Shown: positions 38,014 to 50,176, counted from the first letter of the stretch. The stretch is 64,000 nt of DNA from an uncultured Oscillospiraceae bacterium (GCA_964619315.1 CAZUEH010000004.1:24285-88284); one strand, 5' to 3'. A program made the numbers and translations. The notes: a model not told the origin generated them from the letters alone.

Positions 38014-38075
38014 ACGCTTTTCCCTAATTAGTTAATTTGTTGCAAAAAGGGCTGTCAAAGAGACAGCCCTCCATA

Positions 38076-38873
38076 TTATTTCAGCTCAATTATAACCCTT
38101 CTATATGGGTCTTGTCCTTCGCTTCTAGTTAACACCTTGTCGTGGTTGTGAAGAGCTTCGTGAATCACCTTTCTTTCATACGGGTTCATCGGTTCAAGCT
38201 TAACACTTCTTCTTGTTTTCATTACCTTGTTGGCAAGTCTATACGCCAGCGCTTCAAGGGTGCTTTCTCTCTTTGCTCTATAATTTTCGGCATCTACTAC
38301 CACTCGAGTATATTCTTCATTGCCTTTGTTAGCTACAAGGCTTGTCAAATATTGGATAGCATCCAAGGTTTGTCCTCTTTTGCCTATTATAGTTCCAGAA
38401 TCTTTGCCTTGAATGTTCAAGAACAAAGCTTCGTCATTTTTCTTGGCTTCTATTTCTAGATCCAATCCCATTTCCTTCATTACTTTTCTAAGGAAATCTA
38501 GTGCTTCGTGTTCTTCGCAAGGAACTAAGTTCTCTTCGTTGAGTTCTCGTTCTTTTTTGAAGTTTTCTTCCTGTCCAACTCTTGGTTCCTGCTTTGCAGG
38601 TTCCTTTGCGAACTTTTCTGTCTGTTGAGTCTGCACTTTTGGTGCCTTTTCGGTTTCAATGACTTCCTTTTTATATTCAGTTGTCGGCTTTGCTGACTCC
38701 TGCTTTTTTTCTACCCTAACGAGGGCAAGTTTTGAGCCAATTCCGAAAAAGCCTCTTGAAGGTTCCTCTAAAACAGTAACTTCGACTTCATCTATGGTAA
38801 GTTTCAGATCTTCTAACGCCAAGCTTACGGCGGTTTCTACATCTGTTCCCCATTTTTCAGAAAAATCTGCCAT
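38076..38873 (-). CDS. jag: Jag/KhpB RNA-binding protein (Jag_N, KH, R3H)
   Basis: The KH region reads GKRGQTLDAIQYL. The R3H region reads LEPMNPYERKVIHEAL. I set the start at the ATG at 38871-38873, downstream of a GGAGG. The ORF track uses a TTG at 38891. Confidence 0.8.
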   Translation of the reverse strand: MADFSEKWGTDVETAVSLALEDLKLTIDEVEVTVLEEPSRGFFGIGSKLALVRVEKKQESAKPTTEYKKEVIETEKAPKVQTQQTEKFAKEPAKQEPRVGQEENFKKERELNEENLVPCEEHEALDFLRKVMKEMGLDLEIEAKKNDEALFLNIQGKDSGTIIGKRGQTLDAIQYLTSLVANKGNEEYTRVVVDAENYRAKRESTLEALAYRLANKVMKTRRSVKLEPMNPYERKVIHEALHNHDKVLTRSEGQDPYRRVIIELK

Positions 38874-38898
38874 GTTTTGCTTTTCCTCCAATATAAAG

Positions 38899-39612
38899 TT
38901 ATGCTCTCGCTACTTTTTTCTTCTTCTTTTTCTTAGTTTCTCCTAACATCTTCTTCTTCATTTTAGCGAAGTGGATGTTGTAGAAGATTTGAATTATCTG
39001 ATTCAAAGACCAATAAATAGCTAATCCTGCTGGATAGCTTCTTGCCATAACCAAAATCATTACAGGGAAAAAGTATTTCATAACTTTGTTCATAACCTGC
39101 ATTTGTTCTGCATTTGGTCCAGCGGTCTGATTGGTCTGAGAAAAATAGGTTGCTATAAAGGTAGCAATTCCCGCCACTACCGGAAGTATCCACTTATCAG
39201 GTTGTGATAAGTCAGGGATCCACAAGAATTCTTCGTGGATAGCAAAAAGCATGGAATCAGAAGAAATATAGTTCATTGGGTTTCTCAACAAAGAAAAAAG
39301 TCCCATTATAACTACCATCTGAACCAACATTGGAAGGCATCCGCCATACATGCTACCGCCTTCTTCTTTATATAGCTCTGACATCTTTTCATTCATCAGA
39401 GTTTTATCTTTAGCATATTTTTGCTGTATTTCCTTGATTTTGGGTTGCATTTTGCTCATGTTGGTTGTAGTCTTTATCTGCTTTGCATATAAAGGGTACA
39501 TTACAACCTTTACTAAGACCGTAAATGCAATTAAAGCAAGACCATAATTACCTATTAAGTCATAAATCCATGTGAGCAAATAACTCATTGGACCTGCTAA
39601 AATTCTCATCAA
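38899..39612 (-). CDS. yidC: membrane protein insertase YidC/SpoIIIJ
   Basis: The 237 aa ORF has multiple TM segments, a YidC core (GCLPMLVQMVV) and a Lys-rich tail. Confidence 0.9.
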   Translation of the reverse strand: MMRILAGPMSYLLTWIYDLIGNYGLALIAFTVLVKVVMYPLYAKQIKTTTNMSKMQPKIKEIQQKYAKDKTLMNEKMSELYKEEGGSMYGGCLPMLVQMVVIMGLFSLLRNPMNYISSDSMLFAIHEEFLWIPDLSQPDKWILPVVAGIATFIATYFSQTNQTAGPNAEQMQVMNKVMKYFFPVMILVMARSYPAGLAIYWSLNQIIQIFYNIHFAKMKKKMLGETKKKKKKKVARA

Positions 39613-39621
39613 TTTCCTCCA

Positions 39622-39852
39622 TTATTTTAAAGGGTCGTATCCTCCTTCATGCCAAGGATGACACTTTAAAATTCGTTTAATTCCCAAGTAACCGCCTTTT
39701 ATTGGCCCGTATTTTTCCAGTGCCTGTATAAAATATGTCGAACAGGTTGGAGTAAAACGACATGTCGAGGGGAAAAGCGGCGAAATAATCTTCTGATAAA
39801 ACTTAATTAACAGAATCATAATTTTTTTAAAAAAATTACTTATAAATTTCAT
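39622..39852 (-). CDS. yidD: membrane protein insertion efficiency factor YidD
   Basis: The 76 aa ORF reads [31 protein letters not shown]...KRILKCHPW. Confidence 0.85.
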   Translation of the reverse strand: MKFISNFFKKIMILLIKFYQKIISPLFPSTCRFTPTCSTYFIQALEKYGPIKGGYLGIKRILKCHPWHEGGYDPLK

Positions 39853-40190
39853 TTTACTTTTTTAACCCCGGCTCTCCTAAAGGCAGAATTAAGGGATTTT
39901 TCAACTTCTGCACATTTTTTGTCACAAATAGTGTTTCTTGCAATGATAATAAAATCATAGCCAATAGGCAGCCTCTTTTCGATGCTACGATAGCTTTCTT
40001 TCATAAGGCGCTTTGCTCTGTTTCTTTTAACACTATTTCCGACTTTTTTGCTTGCCAAAACCCCTGTCCTGTTATAAGAAAGTCCATTTGGACGATAAAA
40101 TAAAACTACATATCGGTCTCCAATTGACTTGCCTCTTTTATATATGGCCGAAAAATCGCCATTTTTTCTCAAAACATTCTTTTTTAGCAT
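39849..40190 (-). CDS. rnpA: ribonuclease P protein component
   Basis: The 113 aa ORF is basic and has an RNR-like motif ([11 protein letters not shown]). It follows rpmH. Confidence 0.9.
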   Translation of the reverse strand: MLKKNVLRKNGDFSAIYKRGKSIGDRYVVLFYRPNGLSYNRTGVLASKKVGNSVKRNRAKRLMKESYRSIEKRLPIGYDFIIIARNTICDKKCAEVEKSLNSAFRRAGVKKVK

Positions 40191-40217
40191 TGTTTACAAA
40201 TCCTTCGGATTCATTGA

Positions 40218-40352
40218 TTAAGCACTAAGTTGCTTTCTTCCTTTAGCTCTTCTTCTCTTCAAAACGTTTCTACCGTTTTTTGTGCTCATTCTTTTTCTGA
40301 AGCCATGTTCCTTCATTCTCTGTCTCTTTTTTGGTTGATAAGTTTGTTTCAT
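40218..40352 (-). CDS. rpmH: 50S ribosomal protein L34
   Basis: 44 aa: [45 protein letters not shown] trimmed the start to the ATG at 40350-40352, which follows an AAAGGAGAA SD. Confidence 0.9.
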   Translation of the reverse strand: MKQTYQPKKRQRMKEHGFRKRMSTKNGRNVLKRRRAKGRKQLSA

Positions 40353-40400
40353 TTCTAAGGTTCTCCTTTCCAAACGTGTTTGTGTAAATCTAAATTCCAA

Positions 40401-40628
40401 TTACACACATATGCCTTGATATTATAAATTAAAAACCGTTGAATGTCAATGATTTCATGGATTATCTTTTCCTCAAAAACTTATTAAAAATTGTTCCCAC
40501 TTTTATCCACATCCTGTGGATAACTTATTTAATTATTTATTTTTCAAATATCACAAGTTCACACTTGCCTGTGGATAACTTTTTAGTTAGAATGTAACTA
40601 TACAACAAAAAAATTAAGAAGGTTTGTT
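40401..40628. other. oriC, upstream DnaA-box cluster (rpmH-dnaA intergenic region)
   Basis: Perfect DnaA boxes are TTATCCACA at 40503-40511 and TGTGGATAA at 40515-40523 and 40570-40578. The context is AT-rich. Gene orientation flips at this position. Confidence 0.8.
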
Positions 40629-41990
40629 ATGGATTATAATAAGATTTGGGAAAGCGTACTTAGCAAAATGGAGCAGCTAACAACTCCAATAAGCTATACA
40701 ACATGGATTCTACCCCTAAAAATCAGAAGGATCGACAAAGAATTAAAAATAGTTTATCTTGAGGTCAATTCAGACAGCAAAAGTGAATTCATCATCAAGA
40801 CTATTAAAAATAGATATATTACCGGCCTCGAAACTACTTTTAAGGAAGTTTTAGAGGATAGTTTTCGTGTAGTTTTAAAGGATTCTGAGCAATATAGAGT
40901 CGAAGAAGAAAAAACCGAACCAAAACTCAAACCTAAAACTAATACTTTGAACCACGAAAAAATATTCAATCCAAGATTTAATTTCGCAAATTTTGTAGTT
41001 GGTAACAGCAATAAGTATGCTCATGCTGCCTCCTTGGCAGTCGCCGAGTCTCCATCAGAAGCTTACAACCCTCTGTTTATATATGGTGCTTCTGGACTTG
41101 GTAAGACACATTTGATGCATGCTATTGGAATTTACCTTTTAGAAAATAATCCTTCACAAAATGTTTTATATGTTTCCTCTGAAATGTTTACAAATGAGCT
41201 TATAAAAGCTTTGCGTAATCACACTATGAACGAATTTAAGTCGAAATATAGAAAAGTAGACGTTCTTCTTATTGATGATATACAATTTTTAGAGGGAAAA
41301 GAAAATACACAGGAAGAATTTTTCCACACTTTTAACTCCCTATATGATTTAAATAAGCAGATAATCATTTCGAGTGACAGGGCTCCAAATAAATTGGTAA
41401 ATTTGGAGGAAAGACTTAGATCAAGATTCCAATGGAACTTAATTGCTGACATTCAGCCGGCAGATTATGAAACAAGAGTTGCAATCCTGATTAAAAAAGC
41501 AGAAAATATGGGTCTAAACTTAGAAGAAAACCCTGAACTTTATGATGTTGTCTGCATGATCGCAGAGAAAATAAAAGATAATATTAGAGAACTTGAAGGA
41601 GCATTGATACGAGTAGTATCTTTCTCTCAACTACTAAATGAAAAATTGGATAAGAATTTTACTCGAAAAACTTTAAAAGATATTTTTAGTAATTTAGAAA
41701 GAACTGTAACTCCTGAGAAAATCAAGAAAACCGTCTGCAAACACTACGGAATAAAGGTTTCTGATATGGAATCTTCTAAAAAAACTAATAATATAGCTTT
41801 TCCAAGGCAAATAGCAATGTATCTTATTCGTGAGATGACAGATTACTCTCTTCCTAAGATTGGACAATTCTTTGGAGGAAAACATTATACGACTGTTTTA
41901 TATGCTTGCGACAAGATAAATGATGATTTGCAAATAGATAAAAACTTGTCCGAAATAATAAATCAAATCAAAGAAGAGTTGAAAGAATAA
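40629..41990 (+). CDS. dnaA: chromosomal replication initiator protein DnaA
   Basis: The 453 aa ORF has Walker A GASGLGKTHL and a C-terminal DNA-binding region IAFPRQIAMYLIREMT...GGKHYTTVLYA. Confidence 0.97.
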   Translation: MDYNKIWESVLSKMEQLTTPISYTTWILPLKIRRIDKELKIVYLEVNSDSKSEFIIKTIKNRYITGLETTFKEVLEDSFRVVLKDSEQYRVEEEKTEPKLKPKTNTLNHEKIFNPRFNFANFVVGNSNKYAHAASLAVAESPSEAYNPLFIYGASGLGKTHLMHAIGIYLLENNPSQNVLYVSSEMFTNELIKALRNHTMNEFKSKYRKVDVLLIDDIQFLEGKENTQEEFFHTFNSLYDLNKQIIISSDRAPNKLVNLEERLRSRFQWNLIADIQPADYETRVAILIKKAENMGLNLEENPELYDVVCMIAEKIKDNIRELEGALIRVVSFSQLLNEKLDKNFTRKTLKDIFSNLERTVTPEKIKKTVCKHYGIKVSDMESSKKTNNIAFPRQIAMYLIREMTDYSLPKIGQFFGGKHYTTVLYACDKINDDLQIDKNLSEIINQIKEELKE

Positions 41991-42156
41991 TAGTTATCCT
42001 AACCATTAAAAAGCATTTAACTTTTACTCCATATAATTTGAACAACCGTTTCTGTTGACGTTTTAATGGGTTTAGAAGTTATCCACAGATTTCACAGGCC
42101 CTACTACTACTATTACTACCAATAAATATAATTATTAACTAATACGGAGGTATTGT
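41991..42156. other. oriC, downstream part: DnaA boxes, GC clamp, DnaA-trio array and AT-rich unwinding element
   Basis: TTATCCACA lies at 42079-42087 and a degenerate TTATCCTAA at 41994-42002. A GGCC clamp follows. Then CTA CTA CTA CTA TTA CTA at 42101-42118 gives 3'-GAT/AAT-5' trios on the bottom strand. AATAAATATAATTATTAA follows. Confidence 0.7.
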
Positions 42157-43269
42157 ATGAAATTTTCTTGTAACCAACATACTCTTACAAAAGCACTTAA
42201 TATTGTTTCAAAAGCAGTCACTATAAGAACCACTATTCCTATCTTAAAAGGCATTCTTCTAAAAGTAGATGCTAACGGGATACTTACTATGGCAGCTTCC
42301 GATTTAGACTTAAGTATAGAGAAGAAGATAAAAGTAGAAAATAGTACCCCAGGCGAAATAGTGGTACTTTCCAAGTTATTTGGAGATATAATAAGAAAAC
42401 TTCCTGATGGAGTAATAACAATTGAAGAAAACGACGGTAAAATAAATATCAAATGTTCAAATTCCGAGTTTAACATAATAGGACTTTCCGCAGAAGAATT
42501 TCCTAATATAAACCCTAATGAAGAAGACACAGAAAAATTAGTTTTCAACAAAGAATTATTAAAAGACATGATAAAGAAAACCTCTTTTGCTGCAAGCATA
42601 GACGAAAATAAAGGTGCTATGACTGGAGTTCTTATTGAAATGGACGAAGATAGCTTAAACATGGTAGCTATAGACGGCTTTAGAATGGCAATAGCAAGAG
42701 AACAAATGAAAAACAAGAAAAAACAAAACATTATAATACCTGCCAAAATACTCACAGAAATAAGCAGAATAATAACAGAAGAAGAAATAAACAGTGATGA
42801 TGTAACAATGGTTCTAAATGAGAAAAAAGCGATATTTGTTATGGAAAACACTAAAATTGTTATAAGACTTTTAGAAGGCGAATTCATGAATTATAACAGA
42901 ATAATACCTACAGAAAACCCTTGCAAGGTTGTATTAAACAAAAATGATTTAATGAACAGCGTAGAAAGAGCATCACTTCTTGCAAAAGTAGGAAAAAACA
43001 ATCTTATAAAACTTGAAATAAAAGATAACGGCATAGAAATAACTTCCAAGTCAGAAGAAGGAAATGTTAAAGAGGAAGTAATCGCTTCAAAAGATGGAAA
43101 TGATATTATAATAGGATTCAACTCAAAATATTTAATAGATGTACTAAAAGTAATAGATGATGAAAACATAACCATGCTTTTCAACACAAATGTAAGCCCT
43201 TGCTTGATAAAACCACTTTCTGGAAATGAATTTGAGTACTTAATATTACCAGTAAGAATAAATCAATAA
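42157..43269 (+). CDS. dnaN: DNA polymerase III beta sliding clamp
   Basis: The 370 aa ORF begins MKFSCNQHTLTKALNIVSKAV and follows dnaA. Confidence 0.95.
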   Translation: MKFSCNQHTLTKALNIVSKAVTIRTTIPILKGILLKVDANGILTMAASDLDLSIEKKIKVENSTPGEIVVLSKLFGDIIRKLPDGVITIEENDGKINIKCSNSEFNIIGLSAEEFPNINPNEEDTEKLVFNKELLKDMIKKTSFAASIDENKGAMTGVLIEMDEDSLNMVAIDGFRMAIAREQMKNKKKQNIIIPAKILTEISRIITEEEINSDDVTMVLNEKKAIFVMENTKIVIRLLEGEFMNYNRIIPTENPCKVVLNKNDLMNSVERASLLAKVGKNNLIKLEIKDNGIEITSKSEEGNVKEEVIASKDGNDIIIGFNSKYLIDVLKVIDDENITMLFNTNVSPCLIKPLSGNEFEYLILPVRINQ

Positions 43270-44354
43270 TGTATATAAAAAAAATAGAATTAAAAAACTT
43301 CAGAAATTATGAAAACCTTGAATTAGAGTTTAATGAAAAGGCGAATTTTATAATTGGCAATAATGCTCAAGGCAAAACTAACCTTCTTGAGGGGATTTTT
43401 ATGTCTTCGGTTGGAAAATCTTTTAGAACTTCAAAAGATAGTGAAATGATTGGCTTTGATAAAGATTTTAGCAAAATTAAAGTTACAGCGCACAAAGATT
43501 TATTTCCGATAGAAGTAGATATAACTTTAAAAAAGGATGCTGGAAAATTCATAAAGGTAGATGGAGTTAATATATCAAAAACATCAGATCTTTTAGAAAA
43601 TGTATATATAGTTATATTTTCACCTGAAGATTTAAAAATAGTAAAAGATGAACCGGAAAAAAGAAGAAGATTTATAGATCGAGAACTTTGTATAATAAAA
43701 CCATCATATTACGACAGTTTTTTTAATTATAAAAAAGTTTTACTCCAAAGAAATACTTATATAAAAGAAAAAAGCATAGATAAATCCGTTCTCGACATAT
43801 GGGATATGCAGCTTGCAAAGTATGGAGCAAAAATTATATCGATGAGATATGATTTTATACAAAAAATAGATAAACTGAGCAATGAAATTCATAAAAGCAT
43901 AACCAATGGAAAAGAAAATCTGCGTATAGAATATGATCCTAACATTAAAATGGCAGATGAATTGGAAAAAACAGTTTACGAAGCTATTAAAAATTCTTAT
44001 TCAAATGACCTTAGGCTGAGAACCACAACAAAAGGGCCACATAGAGATGATATACAATTTTATATAGATAATGTAAATGTTAGAAGCTTTGGATCTCAAG
44101 GTCAGCAAAGAACTACAGCACTCTCTCTTAAACTTGCAGAGTTAAATATAATAAAAGAAGAGACTGGAGAAAGTGCAATTTTGCTTTTAGATGATGTTAT
44201 GTCAGAACTTGATTCAACACGACAGGAATTTTTGATAAAAACCTTATCTGACATACAACTTTTTATAACAACAACAGAGATTACACAGAATCTAAAAGAC
44301 GCAGTTTCCAAAGGAAATATATATACAATTGAAAAAGGAAAAGTAAAGCTATAA
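43269..44354 (+). CDS. recF: DNA replication and repair protein RecF
   Basis: The 361 aa ORF has Walker A GNNAQGKTNLLE, the signature GSQGQQRT and Walker B LLLDDV. Confidence 0.9.
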   Translation: MYIKKIELKNFRNYENLELEFNEKANFIIGNNAQGKTNLLEGIFMSSVGKSFRTSKDSEMIGFDKDFSKIKVTAHKDLFPIEVDITLKKDAGKFIKVDGVNISKTSDLLENVYIVIFSPEDLKIVKDEPEKRRRFIDRELCIIKPSYYDSFFNYKKVLLQRNTYIKEKSIDKSVLDIWDMQLAKYGAKIISMRYDFIQKIDKLSNEIHKSITNGKENLRIEYDPNIKMADELEKTVYEAIKNSYSNDLRLRTTTKGPHRDDIQFYIDNVNVRSFGSQGQQRTTALSLKLAELNIIKEETGESAILLLDDVMSELDSTRQEFLIKTLSDIQLFITTTEITQNLKDAVSKGNIYTIEKGKVKL

Positions 44355-44405
44355 AAAACATACCAGAATCAAGAGATATATACGCTGTTTTTTATAGCTT
44401 TTTTA
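44346..44405 (+). terminator. possible terminator after recF (long stem, large loop)
   Basis: AAGCTATAAAAAACA-N25-TGTTTTTTATAGCTT followed by TTTT. The stem is AT-rich, so this call is weak. Confidence 0.35.
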
Positions 44406-44529
44406 GTTGGAAAAATCGGTTTTAAGAGGGGTAAAAATAAAAAAACAAGAAACAATATTAAATGAAGAATTTATTTGAATAAAACCCCAAAATATGGTAT
44501 ACTAATCGCTGGGATTGTAACTTGCTTAA

Positions 44530-46500
<1,971 letters not shown>

Positions 46501-46518
46501 GGAAAGGAGGGCTTATAG

Positions 46519-49005
46519 ATGACTACATTTTTAGAAGATCAGAAGTTGATTCAACACGAAATCAACAAAGAAATGAAAGACTCATATATCGATTATGCCA
46601 TGAGCGTAATCGTAGGCCGTGCCCTTCCTGATGTCAGGGATGGACTGAAGCCAGTACATAGAAGAATCCTTTATGGTATGAGTGGGCTAGGAATAACTCC
46701 GGACAAGCCACACAAAAAGTCGGCACGTATCGTCGGAGAAGTAATGGGTAAATATCACCCACATGGAGACTCATCAATTTACGATGCAATGGTAAGATTA
46801 GCACAGCCATTTAGCATTCGTTATATGCTAATAGACGGACACGGAAACTTTGGTTCAGTGGACGGAGACGGTGCTGCTGCGATGCGTTATACCGAGGCGA
46901 GAATGACACCTCTTGCGTTGCAAATGCTTAGAGACCTCGAAAAAGATACTGTAGATTATATGACTAACTTTGACGGCGAGGAAAAAGAACCTACCGTACT
47001 ACCAGCAAGATTTCCGAACCTTCTAGTAAACGGATCTAATGGTATAGCAGTAGGTATGGCGACCTCAATTCCACCTCACAACTTAGTAGAGGTAATTGAT
47101 GCTGCCGTAAAACTTATAGATGAACCAGAATCTACAGTAGAAGACCTTATTAAGATAGTAAAAGGACCAGACTTCCCTACCGGAGCTGTTATAATGGGCA
47201 AATCTCACATGAGAGAAGCCTATCGAACAGGACAAGGTAAGGTAGTAGTAAGAGCTGTAACAGAAATAGAAGAAACTTCCCACGGCAAACAGCAGATCGT
47301 AGTTACAGAAATTCCTTATCAAGTAAACAAGGCTCGTCTAATAGAGAAGATTGCAGACCTTGTAAGAGACAAAAGAGTTGAAGGAATTACAGCTATACGA
47401 GATGAATCAAACCGAAAAGGAATGCGTATAGTCATAGAACTTAAGAGAGATGCTAATGCTAATATAATCCTAAACAGATTGTATAAACATACTCAAATGC
47501 AAGACAGCTTCTCAATGATTATGCTGGCACTTGTAGATGGACAACCAAAGATTTTAAATCTTCATGAAATCATCAACGAGTATTTGAAGCATCAAAAAGA
47601 AGTAGTTACAAGAAGAACTATCTTTGACAAGAAAAAAGCCGAAGCTAGAGCACACATCTTAGAAGGTTACCTAATTGCATTGGACAACATAGATGAAATC
47701 ATCAAGATAATCAGAAGCAGCTATAACGATGCCAAAGAAAAATTGATGGACAGATTCAGCCTTTCAGATATTCAGGCACAAGCCATTTTGGACATGCAGC
47801 TACGTAGGCTACAAGGCTTAGAAAAAGAAAAAATCGAAAGCGAATATCAAGAGCTTCTTAAGAAAATCGCATACTATGTAGAACTTCTTGCAGACGAGCA
47901 AAAGTTGATGGGCGTAGTAAAAGAAGAATTGATTGAAATTAGAGACAAGTGGGGCGACAAGAGAAGAACTCAGATCAAGGCAGACTCATTGGAAATCGAT
48001 GAAGAAGATTTGATCGAACAAGAAGAAGTTTGCATCACGGTTACCCATCTTGGATACGTAAAGAGAGTGCCAGTAGACACATACAAGGCACAAAGAAGAG
48101 GCGGAAAGGGAATCACTGGACTTACAACTCGTGAAAACGACTTTGTTAAGAACATGATAATGACATCAACTCACGACCACCTCATGTTCTTTACCAATAC
48201 AGGAAAAGCCCACAGAATCAAGGCTTACGAGATTCCAGAGGCGACAAGAACGGCAAGAGGAACTCCAGCTGTTAATTTCCTAAACTTGATGCAGAGAGAA
48301 AGAGTTACAGCCGTAATTCCAATCAAAGAATTTGCAGAAGATAAGTTCTTGGTAGGAGTTACTAAGGATGGTATAATCAAGAAGACTGCTCTTTCCAACT
48401 TTGATACCAACAGAAAAACTGGCCTCATAGCAATGAACCTAAAAGAGGGAGACCAGCTTATCGACATCAAGCAAACAACAGGTAGCAATAATGTTATCAT
48501 CGTAACTAAGCACGGCAAATGCATTTGCTTCTCCGAGGAAGATGTAAGACCTATGGGAAGAATCGCTGGTGGAGTTAGAGCAATCAAGCTTGAAAAAGAT
48601 GACGAAGTTGTATCAATGGAATTAGTAGAACCTGGTCAGGAGCTTTTGGTAGTTACCGAAAAAGGCTTTGGAAAAAGGACTAAAGTAGAAGAATATAAGA
48701 TTCAAGTTAGAGGCGGAAAAGGTCTCTTAACCTACGACAAGACCAAGTTTAAGAAAACAGGACAGCTTGTAGGCGCTATGGTTGTAGACGATGAGGATGA
48801 CATTATGTTAATCAACTCTAACGGAATAATCATAAGAATGCAGGCCAAAGAAATTTCAAGACTTGGAAGAGCAACTCAAGGAGTTAAAATAATGAACGTT
48901 GGAGACGAGGTTAACATTATTGCCCTTGCTAAGGTTGCAAGAGAAGACGAACTTGAATTAGAACAAGATTCATCCGAAGTACAAGAGCAACTTGAACTAA
49001 AATAA
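46519..49005 (+). CDS. gyrA: DNA gyrase subunit A
   Basis: The 828 aa ORF has the motifs [24 protein letters not shown] and a QRDR-like region [12 protein letters not shown], with the active-site Tyr in AAMRYTE. Confidence 0.97.
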   Translation: MTTFLEDQKLIQHEINKEMKDSYIDYAMSVIVGRALPDVRDGLKPVHRRILYGMSGLGITPDKPHKKSARIVGEVMGKYHPHGDSSIYDAMVRLAQPFSIRYMLIDGHGNFGSVDGDGAAAMRYTEARMTPLALQMLRDLEKDTVDYMTNFDGEEKEPTVLPARFPNLLVNGSNGIAVGMATSIPPHNLVEVIDAAVKLIDEPESTVEDLIKIVKGPDFPTGAVIMGKSHMREAYRTGQGKVVVRAVTEIEETSHGKQQIVVTEIPYQVNKARLIEKIADLVRDKRVEGITAIRDESNRKGMRIVIELKRDANANIILNRLYKHTQMQDSFSMIMLALVDGQPKILNLHEIINEYLKHQKEVVTRRTIFDKKKAEARAHILEGYLIALDNIDEIIKIIRSSYNDAKEKLMDRFSLSDIQAQAILDMQLRRLQGLEKEKIESEYQELLKKIAYYVELLADEQKLMGVVKEELIEIRDKWGDKRRTQIKADSLEIDEEDLIEQEEVCITVTHLGYVKRVPVDTYKAQRRGGKGITGLTTRENDFVKNMIMTSTHDHLMFFTNTGKAHRIKAYEIPEATRTARGTPAVNFLNLMQRERVTAVIPIKEFAEDKFLVGVTKDGIIKKTALSNFDTNRKTGLIAMNLKEGDQLIDIKQTTGSNNVIIVTKHGKCICFSEEDVRPMGRIAGGVRAIKLEKDDEVVSMELVEPGQELLVVTEKGFGKRTKVEEYKIQVRGGKGLLTYDKTKFKKTGQLVGAMVVDDEDDIMLINSNGIIIRMQAKEISRLGRATQGVKIMNVGDEVNIIALAKVAREDELELEQDSSEVQEQLELK

Positions 49006-49024
49006 ACAAAAGGAGGCTAAACTC

Positions 49025-49426
49025 ATGGCAGACAAATTGAATTTTGTAGTTCCAGGCAAGCCACAATATATAACTATAGTCAGATTGGCCGTGGGTTCTG
49101 CGGCTAACACCGCCGGATTTAATGTAGAAGAAATCGAAGACATAAAAACTGCGGTAGGCGAAGCATGCAAGAATATATGTTGCCACGGATCCGAAGGATT
49201 TGCTGAGCAATATCAAGTAGACTGCTTTGTCGAAGAAGAAAAAATAGAAATTTATGTGACTGACACAAGTGATAGCCACAAATTAGAAAAGCTAAAAAAG
49301 CCGTGTTTTGATTGTCCGAACGAAGGCGATCTAGGGCTTTATATCATCGAATCCCTCATGACAAGTGCAGAACTCGTAGAAGGGCCTAGCCATAAAAAGG
49401 CCATAAAAATGATAAAGGCGAAATAA
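49025..49426 (+). CDS. anti-sigma factor of the SpoIIAB/RsbW (GHKL-like) family, with a degenerate ATP-binding G1 box
   Basis: The 133 aa ORF has an N-box-like segment IKTAVGEACKNICCHG and a G2-like segment GDLGLYIIESLM. Where DxGxG is expected, the sequence is TDTSDSH. It ends in ATGA-type coupling to the sigma gene. Confidence 0.6.
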   Translation: MADKLNFVVPGKPQYITIVRLAVGSAANTAGFNVEEIEDIKTAVGEACKNICCHGSEGFAEQYQVDCFVEEEKIEIYVTDTSDSHKLEKLKKPCFDCPNEGDLGLYIIESLMTSAELVEGPSHKKAIKMIKAK

Positions 49427-50157
49427 TGAACACAGAATTATTCAACCAGTACGCACAAAATCCAACAACAGAACTGAGGAATCAGCTAGTGGAAGAAAAT
49501 CTGTACATGGTTGATATCCTCATAAGAAAATATTTAGGTAAAGGCGTTGATTACGACGACCTTTATCAAGTAGGAGCGCTAGCTCTTGTTTCGGCAGTGG
49601 AAAGATTCGATCTTTCCAAGGGTTTTGAGTTCAAAAGTTTCGCCACGCCTACAATCTTAGGTGAAATAAAAAAATACTTCCGTGATAAGCAATGGAGCCT
49701 CAAAGTTCCTCGCAGACTTAAAGAAACTGCGACTAAAGTGAGAGATGTAAAAGTTTCTTTGAGCACTAGCTTAGGCAGAGTTCCTAGCATAGATGAAATC
49801 GCAGAAGCAGTCGGACTTTCAAACGAGCAAGTAATGCAGGCGATGGAAGGCTCTAAAGCCTATGGAACTTATTCTCTCGAAAGTGCCGCTTCAACAAACT
49901 CTGACGGAAACGAAGACAATCCCCTAGAAAAGTATATAGGCTTTGAAGATTTGGGATATGAGCGAATAGAAACAAATGAAGTCGTTTCAACGGTGTTGGA
50001 ACGATTCAGCGAAACCTACAGATATATATTCAAAGAGAGATTTGTCGAGGGCAAACCACAGGCGGTTATAGCTAAAGAACTTGGAGTGTCACAGATGACG
50101 ATTTCTCGTGCCGAAAAAAAGATCGTAGATCAATTCAAAAAAGAAATACATAGATAA
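49426..50157 (+). CDS. RNA polymerase sigma factor, SigB/SigF/SigG subfamily (group 3 sigma-70)
   Basis: The 243 aa ORF has region 2 YDDLYQVGALALVSAVERFD...FATPTILGEIKKYFRD. Region 4 has the HTH IAKELGVSQMTISRAEKK. Confidence 0.8.
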   Translation: MNTELFNQYAQNPTTELRNQLVEENLYMVDILIRKYLGKGVDYDDLYQVGALALVSAVERFDLSKGFEFKSFATPTILGEIKKYFRDKQWSLKVPRRLKETATKVRDVKVSLSTSLGRVPSIDEIAEAVGLSNEQVMQAMEGSKAYGTYSLESAASTNSDGNEDNPLEKYIGFEDLGYERIETNEVVSTVLERFSETYRYIFKERFVEGKPQAVIAKELGVSQMTISRAEKKIVDQFKKEIHR

Positions 50158-50176
50158 AAAGAAAGAAGGCCATTTG

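Noticed and set aside
40455-40470. Additional degenerate DnaA boxes upstream of dnaA (for example GGATTATCT and GTTCCCACT)
   Set aside because: They have three or more mismatches to TTATCCACA and cannot be told apart from the AT-rich background without a position weight matrix.
42135-42887. 250 aa ORF antisense to dnaN
   Set aside because: The translation is low-complexity and rich in Ser, Ile, Phe and Leu. That is typical of the reverse complement of an AT-rich gene with many Lys/Glu/Asn codons. It lies fully inside a conserved essential gene and has no SD. Other antisense ORFs were rejected for the same reason, for example 45480-45893 in gyrB, 57804-58217 in the aconitase gene and 15188-15661 in cca.
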